This document shows positions 1 through 12,427 of a stretch of DNA of 64,000 bases, one piece after another (position 1 is the first letter of the stretch; each line of letters begins with the position of its first letter). The notes below the pieces were generated by a model. The model worked only from the letters and a program-made list of their open reading frames with translations. It was not told the origin of the DNA and did no database searches. Made by a program: the position numbers and the translations under genes. Source of the stretch: Marsupella aquatica (taxonomy: Eukaryota > Plantae > Marchantiophyta); assembly GCA_973895155.1 (NCBI GenBank), contig OZ316894.1, forward strand, positions 4,984,944-5,048,943, given 5' to 3'.

Positions 1-198
1 CTGACTTTATCCCATTTCTCGGAGAAACCTACTGACCATGTTTTCAATGGACCACCTTTTGTATCCGAAGACACGAAGTTCTTGCATATCTGTTTCCGTA
101 GGGAAAATCTAGGGTTGCTTTGTCGCACTGATAATCACAGCACACTGTTTGTCATGACATCTTAAGTCCATCATTGACAGGTTTCAATTTCCTTGTAG

Positions 199-968
199 GT
201 AGGAGTGCATTATGGCGGGAAGTTCTATGAGTTCGTACCTTGGATAGGTCCTGTGGAATGGGAAATCGCCCCTTGGGGATCCTGGAAGATGTCTGCATCC
301 AATCAGTATTTCAAGGTTTTCCTCGTTTTATACCTTTTGGAGTATTTGCTGTCATGATCTTCAGTCCATCTTGTTGGGGTCGACGTGCACTGGCTTTCCT
401 GCATCTCTTAACGAAGGAGTTTCAGAGCACATTTTTGAAACTGATTCGAGATTTAGGCATTTACAGTGAATTGTTGTCCTCAACAGGTGAAGCTTGATGC
501 AAGTGCAGATGCACCCGGTGTGCCCCTCCGTGCTCCAACAGCAGATGCTGGTTTGGCTCCTTTTTGCCGAGACACCTTTGAGGGAAAGTTGAGACTTCAA
601 CTTTGGGAGATATCTGTCAGTGGTACGGATTCGGTAAGTAATTCATGATCTGTTTCTGTTGACGGACTGCCCCTTGAGGAGTCCAATGTTCTTTAAAGAT
701 TTTGATACATCTCAAATAGTAGAGTACTGGAGAATCGATTGGTGCTTTGCACTAACCCTGCCCTCCCAACTTGATTGCCTATTTTTTGCAGCTTATTCTG
801 GACACCACTAGCACTATGGCTGCTATGGAAGTAGGTGGAGCTCCATGGTACGCCACGTGGAAACAAAAAAGTCAAGTGCCAGATCCCCTGAAAACAATTG
901 TTGGGCTTCCAGTGAATGTTGAAGAAGTTTTTGAAAAAGCCCCTCAACTGAAACCGCCTGGATTGTAG
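199..968 (+). CDS. VTE1: Tocopherol cyclase, last three exons (199-315, 487-633, 792-968); 5' part lies outside the window
   Basis: Spliced translation VGVHYGGKFYEFVPW...WEIAPWG / ...GVPLRAPTADAGLAPFCRDTFEGKLRLQLWE / ...MAAMEVGGAPWYATW...KPPGL* matches the conserved plant VTE1/SXD1 C-terminus. All introns are GT-AG, phase 0. Confidence 0.95.
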
Positions 969-2359
969 GGCTTTTCATTGAACAACCCCTCCAGTCCACC
1001 ACTGATAGCGTTTCATTATATACTGAATGTTTGTGAAGGCACACTTGCCTGCCCGACCTGCTGTTTTACAGTCTTCCAGAGCGACACAAATCACTTCTGA
1101 GAGGCATATCTCCTCGGTGTAGTTGTAGCCACCAGGTGTACAGTGACTTTGTATCTGAAGGTTGAAAGAAAGAAGGAATGTGGTAATCCGACCTATGATT
1201 CCCCACAACCATTGGTCAGATCACCCGGGTTTTCTGCTATCTCATAGGAACTTCTCAAAGTTTTGTACAACTAAGTCAATCCCACCAATGGCATGTCTTA
1301 GAATCTACCTTTTGCTGTGAGTCGTTCTTGAGAAATTTGGGAATATGAGATGCTTCTGCTCAAAGGTTGCTAGTATTTCCCTGGTTGATTCTGGATTTCG
1401 AAACTCTGTTTTTGACAACTCTTGCTCGATTTGGGCCCAGCTGGATGTTAGATTTGTTGCGACTTCATGTCGAAGGACTAAGTTTTAGAGAAAAAGGGAA
1501 GACGCATTCCTAGAGGAGGGTAAATCCTGAAAAAAATTGTGCGCTGCAATTGTTTTCACTTTACAATGACAAATATGTTCAGTTCGCTCCATATGACTTG
1601 TCACCAATGAGGGATATGTGCGAAAGCTGGTCCTTTAAAATGGCCAAGAATTTCTCAACCATGAACGAAAAATGAAATAGATAGCCATGAAATGTACAGG
1701 GAACCAGGTTCACAAACTTCGAGTCTGGGGATGGATATTAGGCCTCCCTTTCTAGGAGCTTGAATGAATTAAGATTTGTTGCCACGAAAGGAATTTATGA
1801 ATACGTGGGAATTGCTGGGTCAGTCTGGCCATGGCCGTATGGCCGTATTCAATAACAATAACTCTTCAAGAATCATTCACTCTTGTAAGGTCTGGTTACA
1901 ATGAGGAGCATTATGTACGACAGCCACGTATTCCACTCACTCCATATACTCTTGGCTCTGGCTCGGTTTTGAGACGGTTGCAATGAGCTATAGAGCATGT
2001 AATATTCAAAGCCCACAAAAGGGGAACAAAATCCTTGTTAATACCAGTTCTCAGGACTGGCTAACTGGCGAGTCTTGTGGGACATGTATCCCCAGTTATA
2101 ATAATTATTATAAACCATACGACTTGTCTTGTGGAATCGTGTCAGCTAGGGCTCCTTCCCTACAGGTTATTACTGTGTAAAGTTGGTAGGAAATAAAGGT
2201 TACCTGTGTGTAACCATTTTTGGAGGTTCCTGATATTTCCATCCTCTTTTGCTTGGAAAGTCATGTTAGTTAATTATTCTTTCTACCATATTTATGCACT
2301 ATAATGACAGCCCGAATGCCAACTGGGTTGGGGTTCTAGACTCAACTATGCTCCCAAAA

Positions 2360-2709
2360 TGTTAGGTTTTACTCTTAATTCTAGAATTACTTTGGAACTG
2401 CACTTAGTTGAGCTGTAGTTAGGTGTTTGGTTACGGTTATATGTGCAACTATTGTGTACACTAGCAGGACTTAGTAAGTGGGTGGAACTTAGGTTCATTG
2501 TTATAGGGTTAGTTAGGAGTTAGGAAGAGCTTATTCTGCGGAGACTTATTATAGCCAATGGACTTAGAGTTTAGTAAAATCTCTTGTGTGTTCTCGTGGA
2601 TGTAATCTCTGGTGAGATGAACCACATATCTCCATTGTTGATTACTTGTGCATTTTGGATGTTGTACTTGTGCATATTGTCTTATGAGTAATGGTGGTTT
2701 TACTCAACA
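2360..2709 (+). mobile_element. Degenerate Ty1/copia-like solo LTR
   Basis: TGTT...AACA termini; flanks CAAAA/CAATA (4 of 5 TSD match); copia-type U5 motif cgtggatgta...gaaccacat at ~2596-2628. Confidence 0.55.
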
Positions 2710-3605
2710 CAATAATAAATAACTATAATAAGTGATCCCGCCTGTTTTCATCCTTTGTCGCAATACAAAAAAGTTCATGGGCGGGAAAGGTCCACAACCA
2801 TTGGATTAGATTAGCTGTTTTCCCTGACCATTGATGAAAGAAATGTGCACCCTAACACACATGTGCTTCCCACTGCCCCACAAATGCCTTGGCCCGACTC
2901 CCTATGGGCTGGCCCTCCTTGCACAGTGCAACGCACTGACATAGGGCTCGTATGCTCATAAAAGCTTCCTGGCTCCGTCGATTAGCTTTTCTTCACTTTC
3001 TGGTAGCATGGTTACATCCCAGTAACCATGTGCCTAAACTGTCCCCCGGACTGTCCTTTATCCTATACATCAAGAACAGGGTATTTTTATAATATTTTTT
3101 TAGAACAAAGTAATTTAAAAGGTTCTCTAATTTTTTTGGACTAATTTCTGATGGGTAGATCTCCACAAGATTTCAAGAGAACCTTCAAATTCTGACTAAT
3201 GGGATATGTGGCTAGGTGGAAATGGGCTAACCTAAGACAAAAAAATTGGGGAATTTTAGCCAAAAGTGGTGAAGACTCTTAAACCATAACTGCACCTATA
3301 AGAGCTGCGGATAACCCAAAATTCTTATTATAAAGTGCACAAGTTCAGTATGCACTAGGAATGGGCTTTGGCTCCACCTTCTATGGCGAGACATGAATGA
3401 GCAATAGCCAGGCAAGGAATGAGTTTTTTATATGGACAGGTGTGGTAAGTGAAGTGGGATTACATAAGTGTTTACCATTTAAAAAGTTTCTGATATCCAA
3501 AACTTATTGGAAAACGTTAGTAAGTGGATGTTCACGTACCCTAGGAACTAAAATGTAAACTTTGCTTTTGCACGTTTAATATTTATGGCATGACGCCCCA
3601 AAAAT

Positions 3606-3756
3606 TGTTAAGTATTGCTCTTAGTCTTGTGACTCATAAATTACGACAATTAGTCTAACCACAGTTAGGGACTTAGCTGAGGTTAGGTTAGTTGTAAGTG
3701 ACCTTGTATATACCAGGGCTAGTGTAAGCCATTGGTACATTAGTGCTTGCTTATTG

Positions 3757-3813
<57 letters not shown>

Positions 3814-3958
3814 GACTCTTGAAGTAAAGCTTTTCATGTTCATGTGGACGTAGCCTTGGAGAAGAAGTGAACCATGTATGGATTGTGTCGACTATGTGAG
3901 TATGGTATGAGTCATGATCATATCATATCGTTGTGAAGGAAGACATCATAGTTCAACA
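3606..3958 (+). mobile_element. Degenerate Ty1/copia-like solo LTR, related to 2360-2709
   Basis: TGTT...AACA termini; flanks AAAAT/GAAAT (4 of 5 TSD match); gtggacgtagcc...gtgaaccatgta motif; same length (~350 bp) as the first copy. Confidence 0.55.
3761..3812. repeat. (GA)26 microsatellite inside the solo LTR
   Basis: Perfect GA run read directly from the sequence. Confidence 0.97.
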
Positions 3959-6204
3959 GAAATTACGTTGCTTTTGCCACAAACATGAATGTGCACGTTT
4001 GTTATTGTTAAAAGTAGGGTCATTCCTGCTTGTGGCTGGTTGTGGTTATGTGGCGCAACCTCGTGGTAGGGAATTGCAAGAGACCTGTCATGGGGGGCCG
4101 TAAAAAGTCATATCCAACCCATCGAGTGTATTTGGCTGGGTTTTGGGTATTTGGATATGCATTTGAAGCACATTATACAGTTTGACTTTGTGTTGTGTTA
4201 GTTGAGGGGTTTCCAAATAATAATTAATCTACTGTGTTGTGTGGCTGATTTATAATGTGGAGGGAGGAAAAATTATGAGTTAGGGTTTGGCTGAGTTCCA
4301 ATATTGCTGTTTACAGTAAACCAAAAACAAAGGTGTTCTGAGACTGGGTATTTCTCCATAGTTCCCCAATAAACTTTGGGGGTCTTACACACAGGTGGCC
4401 AGGCTGAGCTACCAGTGGGATCCAAATTTCACTATTAACATTCAAATTTGACGCCCACTGTGTGGTAGTTCACTTGGGTTGAGACTCATAGATCTCAAAT
4501 TTAGATATGTGACTGACTGTTCCTTTCCTGTGGGTTTCACACAGCTCCCCTTGAACAAATAAAACAAAACATTTTAATTTGCATTAGTAACAATAATGTT
4601 TTCCCTGATTCTTGGAGCAGCTCTAAATTTTTCAGTAGTAACAGTAAATTTTTCTGAAAATAGTGGAGCAAAAGGCACCTTAGAGGAAATCAAGTGAGTG
4701 TAATGTGTAAAACGTAAGAAGTCTTGGGACACTTTCCCTTCCCCTTATATGTGGGTACTTGTGGAACATAAAATTATTGAGTAAATACTTTTGAAGGTAA
4801 CGGAAAACAGCCTGAAGCAGATCCAGTTGCCTCGAAGATTCACGTGAAACCATGAACACTGAAGGATACGTGAGGCGCCTGGCTTTCAATCGACATTATG
4901 CAGTGCCTAGAGTGGTTTTAGCCTGATTCATTGAGCTTGCTTCGTTTCCCCAATTTTCCCAATTGTGCACTCATTCAGCCGGATTGAGGTTCAGGAGATC
5001 CCTTCAATCACGTCGTGGTTACTCTTACTGACATACTATCAATTCAATATCGCCATCCGGAGTTTGTAGAGATCTACAGTAGCACAGCGGAGCACTTGCG
5101 CACTTGGTTCCTTCAGCTTAATCAAAACCGAAGTCTGTTGGGCCAAATTTTGAAAAGGTAAGAGCTCGATCTCTTTCTCTGCTCTCTGAGCTCTCTTACT
5201 AGGTAACCTCTATATCATTAATGTCAGAGTGATAATGGATCTAGCGCAACCTGTTCAAGAAATCAGATATGTGAGAGATTACAATCTTGTCTCCTCCTCA
5301 CGATGTTGGGCCCAGGGTGTTGAGATCGAGGATTTAAGGCTTGGGAGCTGGTCACTTCCTCTCAGCTGTCCTAGCTGCTCTCGGGACTGCTCTGTCCTAG
5401 AGTCGCGTTTGTCATCATTCTGCTAGAGCCACAGAAAATCAATGTGCCTGGAGGTATTGTGCATTCCGAGCTCACATGGATTTCGTTCAGTTTGCCTGTT
5501 AAGATTTGAGTGGCAAGTAGCTGGAGTGGTCCCTTACGCTCGTGGAAGAATTTGAGTGATTGTCTATCACTCAGATCTCTACGATGCTTGGTTGCTTCAC
5601 TATGTTCTGTCAGGGCGGTCTGTTGCTGCGGAGTCGTGGATTCTATCGCTCTCTCCTCGCTACCTGAGTGCTGCCTCCTAAGGTTTCCATCAGATCCCTT
5701 CTTTTGTGGCGCGACATATGCAAAAAATCGGATTCGCTTTGCGTGGACAATTAATCAGTCTTTCCTATCATAGACTGCGGTCTGTCTGGCTGGTGGACGC
5801 CACTGCAGCCTAGGCACCTCCAGCGTGCCTCGGTTTCGTTTGTGTGAGCCGCTTAGAGCCAAGTTCCATGGATTTGTGTAAAGTCTTTGTCTAATATTTC
5901 CGATAATTTTCAGAATTTTGATAAAAATTGAAGCTCGCAGTTTACTCTCTCAGGGGAGGCCTCGTTTTTGGGTCTCGAATGATTATCGAGTCAAGTACTG
6001 TTTGGGACCGGTTTTTCAAGTCCCTCTGCCGTCAGTGTTGATTCTTTCCCGGCGGCAGCATCGTCATTGGTCATTGGTGGGGGTTTTCCGTTTAAACTTT
6101 TTCGCGCTGCTTGAATTGGGTTGAAAATCTATCGGTCGCCCTCTCTTGTGAGTCCAGAGCTTCGAGACGCTACCCTCGCAGTGGCGTAACGGAGGAGGAG
6201 AGAA

Positions 6205-9200
6205 ATGGATGCGGTGTTGAAGGCGGTTGTGGAGGCAATTCATGCATCGCCTACGCAAGCAGTTCTGTGTCTTTCCGGCGGAGCATCTCAGGTAGGTCTT
6301 TGACATTGTTTCAATCAGTTCTCCATGAATGCCTTCTCTCGTCGATTAAAAAACCCGAATTGTATCTTTTGATTGACCGATTCTGTCTGGCCACTTCATC
6401 GGATCATGAAGATGAAAATTGAGAAGGAAAAACACAGGATAGGACTATTTCAGTTAAGACCTGGACGGGGAGAGGCTTGTTATTTTCCTCTTGACAAAAC
6501 AGCCTGAATTGCCTGATTTCTCGTTTTACAGAACGAAATTTTTACTTGAGTTGAGGCTGTCTCAGAATGAAGTGTTCAAATATGACATTGTTGCGGGCAA
6601 GATGACCAGGGGTTCAGCCAAATATCAAGAAGTACCAGCATTGCATCATTTCAAGATCTCGTGTGTCTATACTGCTCCTCGTTTTACCTATACGGATTAT
6701 GTGTAAATCAGCGTGGCAATTGTATTTTCTGTAGGCAGTGGGCTGGTTGTTGTCTGTTCCGCGAGCGTCAAGCACGGTTTTGGAGGTCACTATTCCTTAC
6801 TCCCGGATCTCGATGCTTCAACTGCTCGGCAGGGTACGGAATTTACTCAAAAATGAACAGCACCCATAATCTTGAATATACTCCTTAAATGTCTTATCTA
6901 CTCTCGTAGTCTGTGATTGTGAGGGTAGGTTCTTACTCCAGGTGAAATGAACGAAATCTCCAGACGCCGTCACAGTTTGTGAGTCGAGAAACTGCAGAGG
7001 AGATTGCTTTGGTTGCGTATAATCGCGCTCTTCTCCTCTCTTTGCCAGGTAGTTACTTCATTCCGTTCTAGTGCCAAGTGAAAGAAATGTTGTGGGTTAG
7101 CCTCCACGAAGAAGCACCAGCACTAGAGCAAGGTTCAGGACAGGATCGATATCTACTCTTGGCAATGAGGCTTATATATCTTCTGGGATGATAGCAAATC
7201 ATTTTGAGCCACATTTATTGCTGCTGCACTATGTCAATGACTTCATCTCAAAATAAATGCGCAATGGATCGATTTCGGTCCTGTGCACATCCCAGCAACC
7301 AAATATGTGAAGACTTACTAGATCTCATTTCATCGTTGGAGTCATGCGCAGGTTCACAAGTAGCTGGAATAGGGTTTTCAGGCGCATTGGTCTCTGCTAC
7401 TCCTAAGCGTGGAGAGCACAGGTAGAGTGCCTAGCTCCAAATAAGCGTATGGAGTCAGAACAGAGTCGTGATTGAGTGACTTTCCGGTAGATTCTGGAAT
7501 CGATGAGAAGCTTTGAACAGTTTGAGATCCTGATTCTGTACAGGTGTCATATTGCAGCTCGAACACAGACCGGCCTTTGGCATTATAACCTCACTTTGTC
7601 AAAGGTAACATTATCAATGAATGGGTTGGCTTTTCCTATTTCCCATTGATTCCTTCGGATGACCACCATGATCCAGACGATCTGCAAAAGTAGATCCATC
7701 TGTCTCAGGTTAATGTGATTATTATGCATGGCTTGAGAGTCCTTATCAAGTTTTGGAATATCTGTTGTTCAGGGCTTCAGGGATCGAAGAGGAGAAGATG
7801 AGCTGACAAGTAGAGTCTTAATCAAGGTGGGGTGGCTCCCTGTATTGGAACACGTGGATTGCCGTTTAGTATGATATAGGTTGACTTACTTTGTAGTGTA
7901 AGCTATGTTAATGGTCATTAATCTGTTGTCAAGTTGCAGACTTTAGCTGATGTTTGCGGGGTACCGGGAAAATTTCCACTCGGACTCAATGAAGTGGATG
8001 AGAAACTGGACGAATCAACAGAGGTTTTTACAGCGGATGCGCAATTAGAACAACTCATAACTGGAACAATATCAATGATCAAGTATCCTGCTTCTCGAGG
8101 TGATTAATTATGGATCCAACTTTGTAAAGGTGCTAAGATGTGCCTTGTTCCTGTGGAAAAATAAAGTTTCAATGAGTTTTAAATTGAATTTGTCTTAGCT
8201 CATTTCATTAAATCTGGCTATACGCTAGCAAGGGACAAATTAACATATCAAGGGACATGGAAACAACCCTTTGGACTAGGATTGCTATGTCGTTAACATG
8301 GAAGGACCAATCGTTTCATTATGTCCAGACCTGACAGCGGAAGGAAGGAAAGTGGTGCTATCAGGATCCTTCAATCCGGTCCACGATGGTCATCTGAAGC
8401 TTTTGGATGTTGCATGCAGGTATTTGCCCTCCAGACAAAGTTTTTCAGATATTGCTTTTGATAGAAGGGGTACCAGAGTAGCAAAATCTGTACAGCCAAC
8501 ATCCTAGTTCTGTCAGCGACTTGGCTGTGATGGTTTAGCTTTGTTGCTGACATGCAATGAATATGCCGTTCATGTTCGCAGTCTTTGTGAAGGAGGAATA
8601 CCATGTTTTGAACTATCAGCTGTAAATGCAGACAAGCCTCCTCTTGCATATGATGATATCAAAAAGAGGGTCAAGCAATTTCAAGATAGAGGTGGTTGCA
8701 CAACCCCGTTGTATTTGCTATTTTCTAAAGCTTTGACATGAGAACCTATTTGAGAGTTGTTTGTATAACATTTCCGTAATCTGAGTCTTGAATACACGGT
8801 TCTGTCTACTAAGTTACTCACCGAAGACTCTCAAAGAGGCATGATGACATTGACTAGGAAATTGTCAATCCATCCTTCTACAGGGAAAACCATTATCTTG
8901 ACAAATGAACCTTTCTTCTATAAGAAGGCTAAGATTCTTCCAGACAGTACCTTCGTAATCGGTATTGACACTGCAGTCAGACTTATCAATGTAAGGTCTC
9001 CCTGTCAGCAATTTACATTTCGGCTTTTGAAATTATGCTAATTTTAATAATCACCTCGATTTCTTTCTAGCTGAAGTCTTCCTCGCTGTGTGCAGCCAAA
9101 GTACTATGATGGCAGCAAGGACAGAATGCTAGAGGTCCTCCTTCCTGTGAGGCAACTTGGTTGTGACTTTTTGGTTGCAGGGCGCAAAGTAGCTGGCAAG

Positions 9201-9507
9201 TTCCAGGTGAGTCTTACCTACATTTTGTCTCGAAATATAGCTTCAACCTGTTTAAGAAATGTAGGTTGTCTTGTCAATCTTAAGCAGGGTCTTAGTTTTT
9301 TTATACCATGACCTTGCCTTGGCTCGAAAATTGGAGCATATGTTTGACTCGATTAGCGTTGAGAGGAAAATGAATGAACTATGTCTGCAGGTCTTGGAAG
9401 ATTTAGATATACCTCTAGAGTTGCAGACCATGTTCAGGCCAGTTTCAGATGAGCTGTTTCGAGAGGACATTTCGTCTACGGAATTGAGGAACAGAAGTGG
9501 TTTGTAA
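6205..9507 (+). CDS. Nucleotidylyltransferase-superfamily protein (N-terminal CinA-like domain plus C-terminal HxGH cytidyltransferase/NMNAT-like domain). Exons: 6205-6291, 6735-6833, 6964-7048, 7352-7421, 7544-7604, 7773-7826, 7940-8099, 8329-8419, 8582-8691, 8884-8990, 9096-9206, 9391-9507
   Basis: Twelve GT-AG exons join in consistent phase: MDAVLKAVVEAIHASPTQAVLCLSGGASQ...AYNRAL...PKRGEHR...SGSFNPVHDGH...ELSAVNADKPPL...FVIGIDTAVRLINPKYY...FLVAGR...FREDISSTELR. It resembles the uncharacterised Arabidopsis At2g01220/At3g27610-type proteins (from recall). Probable 5'-UTR intron from a donor at 5158 to an acceptor at 5913. Confidence 0.9.
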
Positions 9508-12427
9508 GTACATATGCAGAACACAAGATTAAATTTAAACATTGTATAATCAACACCCATATTTATCACTGAGAACTGATGTGATTAACAATTGAAGTTA
9601 CATCACAGCAGACTTGAAAAACCAACGATTTCCACGAGAGTTTCCTCGTCTGCAGTAGTACAATTGTCCATTCAAATTCCTCATCAAGTTGGTCATATTT
9701 AGGGGGCCACTTCAATAATAGCCAAAATCATGTAGACCAGGAATCTCGATCCATAATGCACAATTTTACTGTACCTACAAGCATGAAGATTGCAACGGGG
9801 ATGCAGTCATTTCTCCTTCCTATAATTGATCTTGCCTTTGGCCTTCTTCAAAAATGGAAATGACGGATTTAGTGAAAGCCTAAAGGGGTGGAGGGAGTGA
9901 TTTAAGAGTCGAATGACTGGCCTACATAAGTCAAGATACTTGAAACACTACTGGGATCAAAGGTTTCAATACTTGTCGGAAGGAGAACAATGGTGCAGTA
10001 GACGAGATCCTCCATAAGCAGATCCTCCAAATATAACAAGAAAGCCATAGTGATTTAGGGTACCTAATAGCTTTGACTAGGACCTTTGCATCTCTTGCAC
10101 CAAATCTTAGTTTTAAAGTGCCACCATCCCTCATCAGGTCCTATCATTTTTATAGGAGATTTGTCCTGAAATTAGGGATGAGGTTGGCATAGTAGAGGAG
10201 GGTACTGGCTAGAATGTGAAAAGAATGGGAACTGTTCGGGTGTGGTGAACCAGCTAGGGCCTTTTGGTTCTAGGGTGATCCCCTGGCCATGACCAAAGCC
10301 ATTGGTTTGCCCTAGACCACCACATTAAAGTGGAAGAGGTTGCAAGCCACAAGTTAAAAATTGAGACCAAAATTCAGAGCCTGTCAATTGTCAAATTTTG
10401 GATCAATATATATCAGATTTTGGATGGCTCAACTAAGTATTTCCTCTGCCATTCATTGTCTTAAAGTTCCACTATCCGTATCTCAAATTCTGGAGTGTGT
10501 ACCTTGGCTAGAGCACACAATAAAGCAATAATCCTAGCCAGAGATGCCATATGTTCCATTTACTGTAGGGTGTCTATTTGTGGCATGATCCCTCCCAATG
10601 CTTGTGTTAAATGTGTAGTTCACTTATTCTATGTATATTATAGTAGTAAGATGCTTGATGGACCCCCAAGATGAAAAGCTTACTTGATGGGGCCCTTGAG
10701 CTATGCCGACCATTGATAGACCTTAAATCAATGTACCCAACATCTCAGGGGTCCCATCAAGTACATTTTTTGGTTTATCCTTCCACTTATCCAGTTCATT
10801 GAATTTGTTTTCAAATGGCTCTGTTCATAGAAAAATGCAATGCATCTTATAGCTATTAAAATTTGATTTTCAGACGAAGGCTGGTAAGATGTAGCCACTA
10901 GCAAGCAAATGGTGGACAGAAAACCTAGCGAATTTAAATCCAAAATGGGAAAGAGTGATCAGTGAGGTTAACCACTGAAAGAAAATGCTGGTTACAATAT
11001 ACAATTAGCCCAGCAGGCGTGCAAAAACCAAGCGACTCACCAACTCGAGCACGCGAGCATGTAACTGTGCAAGTAACGAAGCAAACCAAAGCAACTCAGC
11101 GGCAAGCGATCATGCAAGTGCGCAAGTAACCAGCCAACTCAGCCGACCCCACCGACCAAGCAAGTAAACAGAGCAAGTCACAGAGCAAGCAAGCTCGGGA
11201 GCCGACAAACCGAGCAGCAAAGTAAACACTAGAGGCTACATGGACCACGCGGGCCACATGTCCAGCGCGCGAATCATTTAGGAATATATTCACTCTGGCC
11301 GTCGATAACAAAGATCGAAGGAAGGACAAGCCAGAAGGACATCTGTGCAAGCAACGTGCTACGGAGAACGGCGGTGCGATATGGCGCGTGGGAACGAACC
11401 AGTCGCCCCTCCGGCCCTCCCTCATCCGCCCACTTGGCAATCCAGGTAGGAGCTTCGCATGATTGTCTCCCCCTTTCCCAGTTCCCACCCCTCCCGCATC
11501 CAATGATAAGAATGGGGCGGCCTGTCCATGGGCCACCCATGGTGACGACAGCCAGGACTGTTGTTGTCCTAGCTTCAGTTGAGGGCTCTTGAGTTCTTGT
11601 TTCTTGAGTTCTTGTTAACACAGATTTCACTATTTTTAGTATTTTTCACGAACATTGAGAAGCAAAAGCTCACAGTAGAGAAGAGGAATGGGAAAAAGTG
11701 AGAAATTTTGGACCCTTCTCCCTTTATATGGCCAGCCGTCGTTTAAGCCAAGTGCAACAATTTACCATTGTGTCTGTCTAAGTGCACAATCCCGTGACAA
11801 AGCATCTGGTGTGCACTACGGACTGACTTGCATAGAGGCGACCCCAAACTTAATGCCTGGCATCATATATAACATCACGAATTTCTTGCCTGAACCCTAC
11901 AATTGGAAGGCTTCATGGCATTTATAGTGGAGATCCAAGGGCAAGATTTACAGTAGCTGGAACATTTCAGGCCCTTGCCGTCCAGTCCCTTGAGAAACAA
12001 GGAAAATTAAACCAGACATAAATTGACGTGAATGATGGAGTCTGTTAAATTCTCCCAGTTAATTTTCCCAGTTCTGTTAAATTCTCTCTAGCAGGATCAT
12101 TAGATTATCCATCTCAGGCTTGTTTGCACTTACAAAAGGTGCTTAAAAGTGTGAACTCTGTCCTAAAAAAGGAAAATAAGGGACACCTTGCAGTCATCCA
12201 GGTTTTGTGTTCATGGAGTGTGCACTTAGAGAGGCACAAACGTACACTCATTATATGATATAGAATATAGGTTATCTTGGAGCGGATAAATAGAATGACG
12301 ACCCCTACCTCGTGTAAAGCCAAAGAAAACAATGGGCCCACTTTCCACTCATCACCGTAATATGATCCGAATTTAATCTTGGCCCCCCACATCCTGTAAA
12401 GACAACCTACAGTAAGTAGGAACTAAA

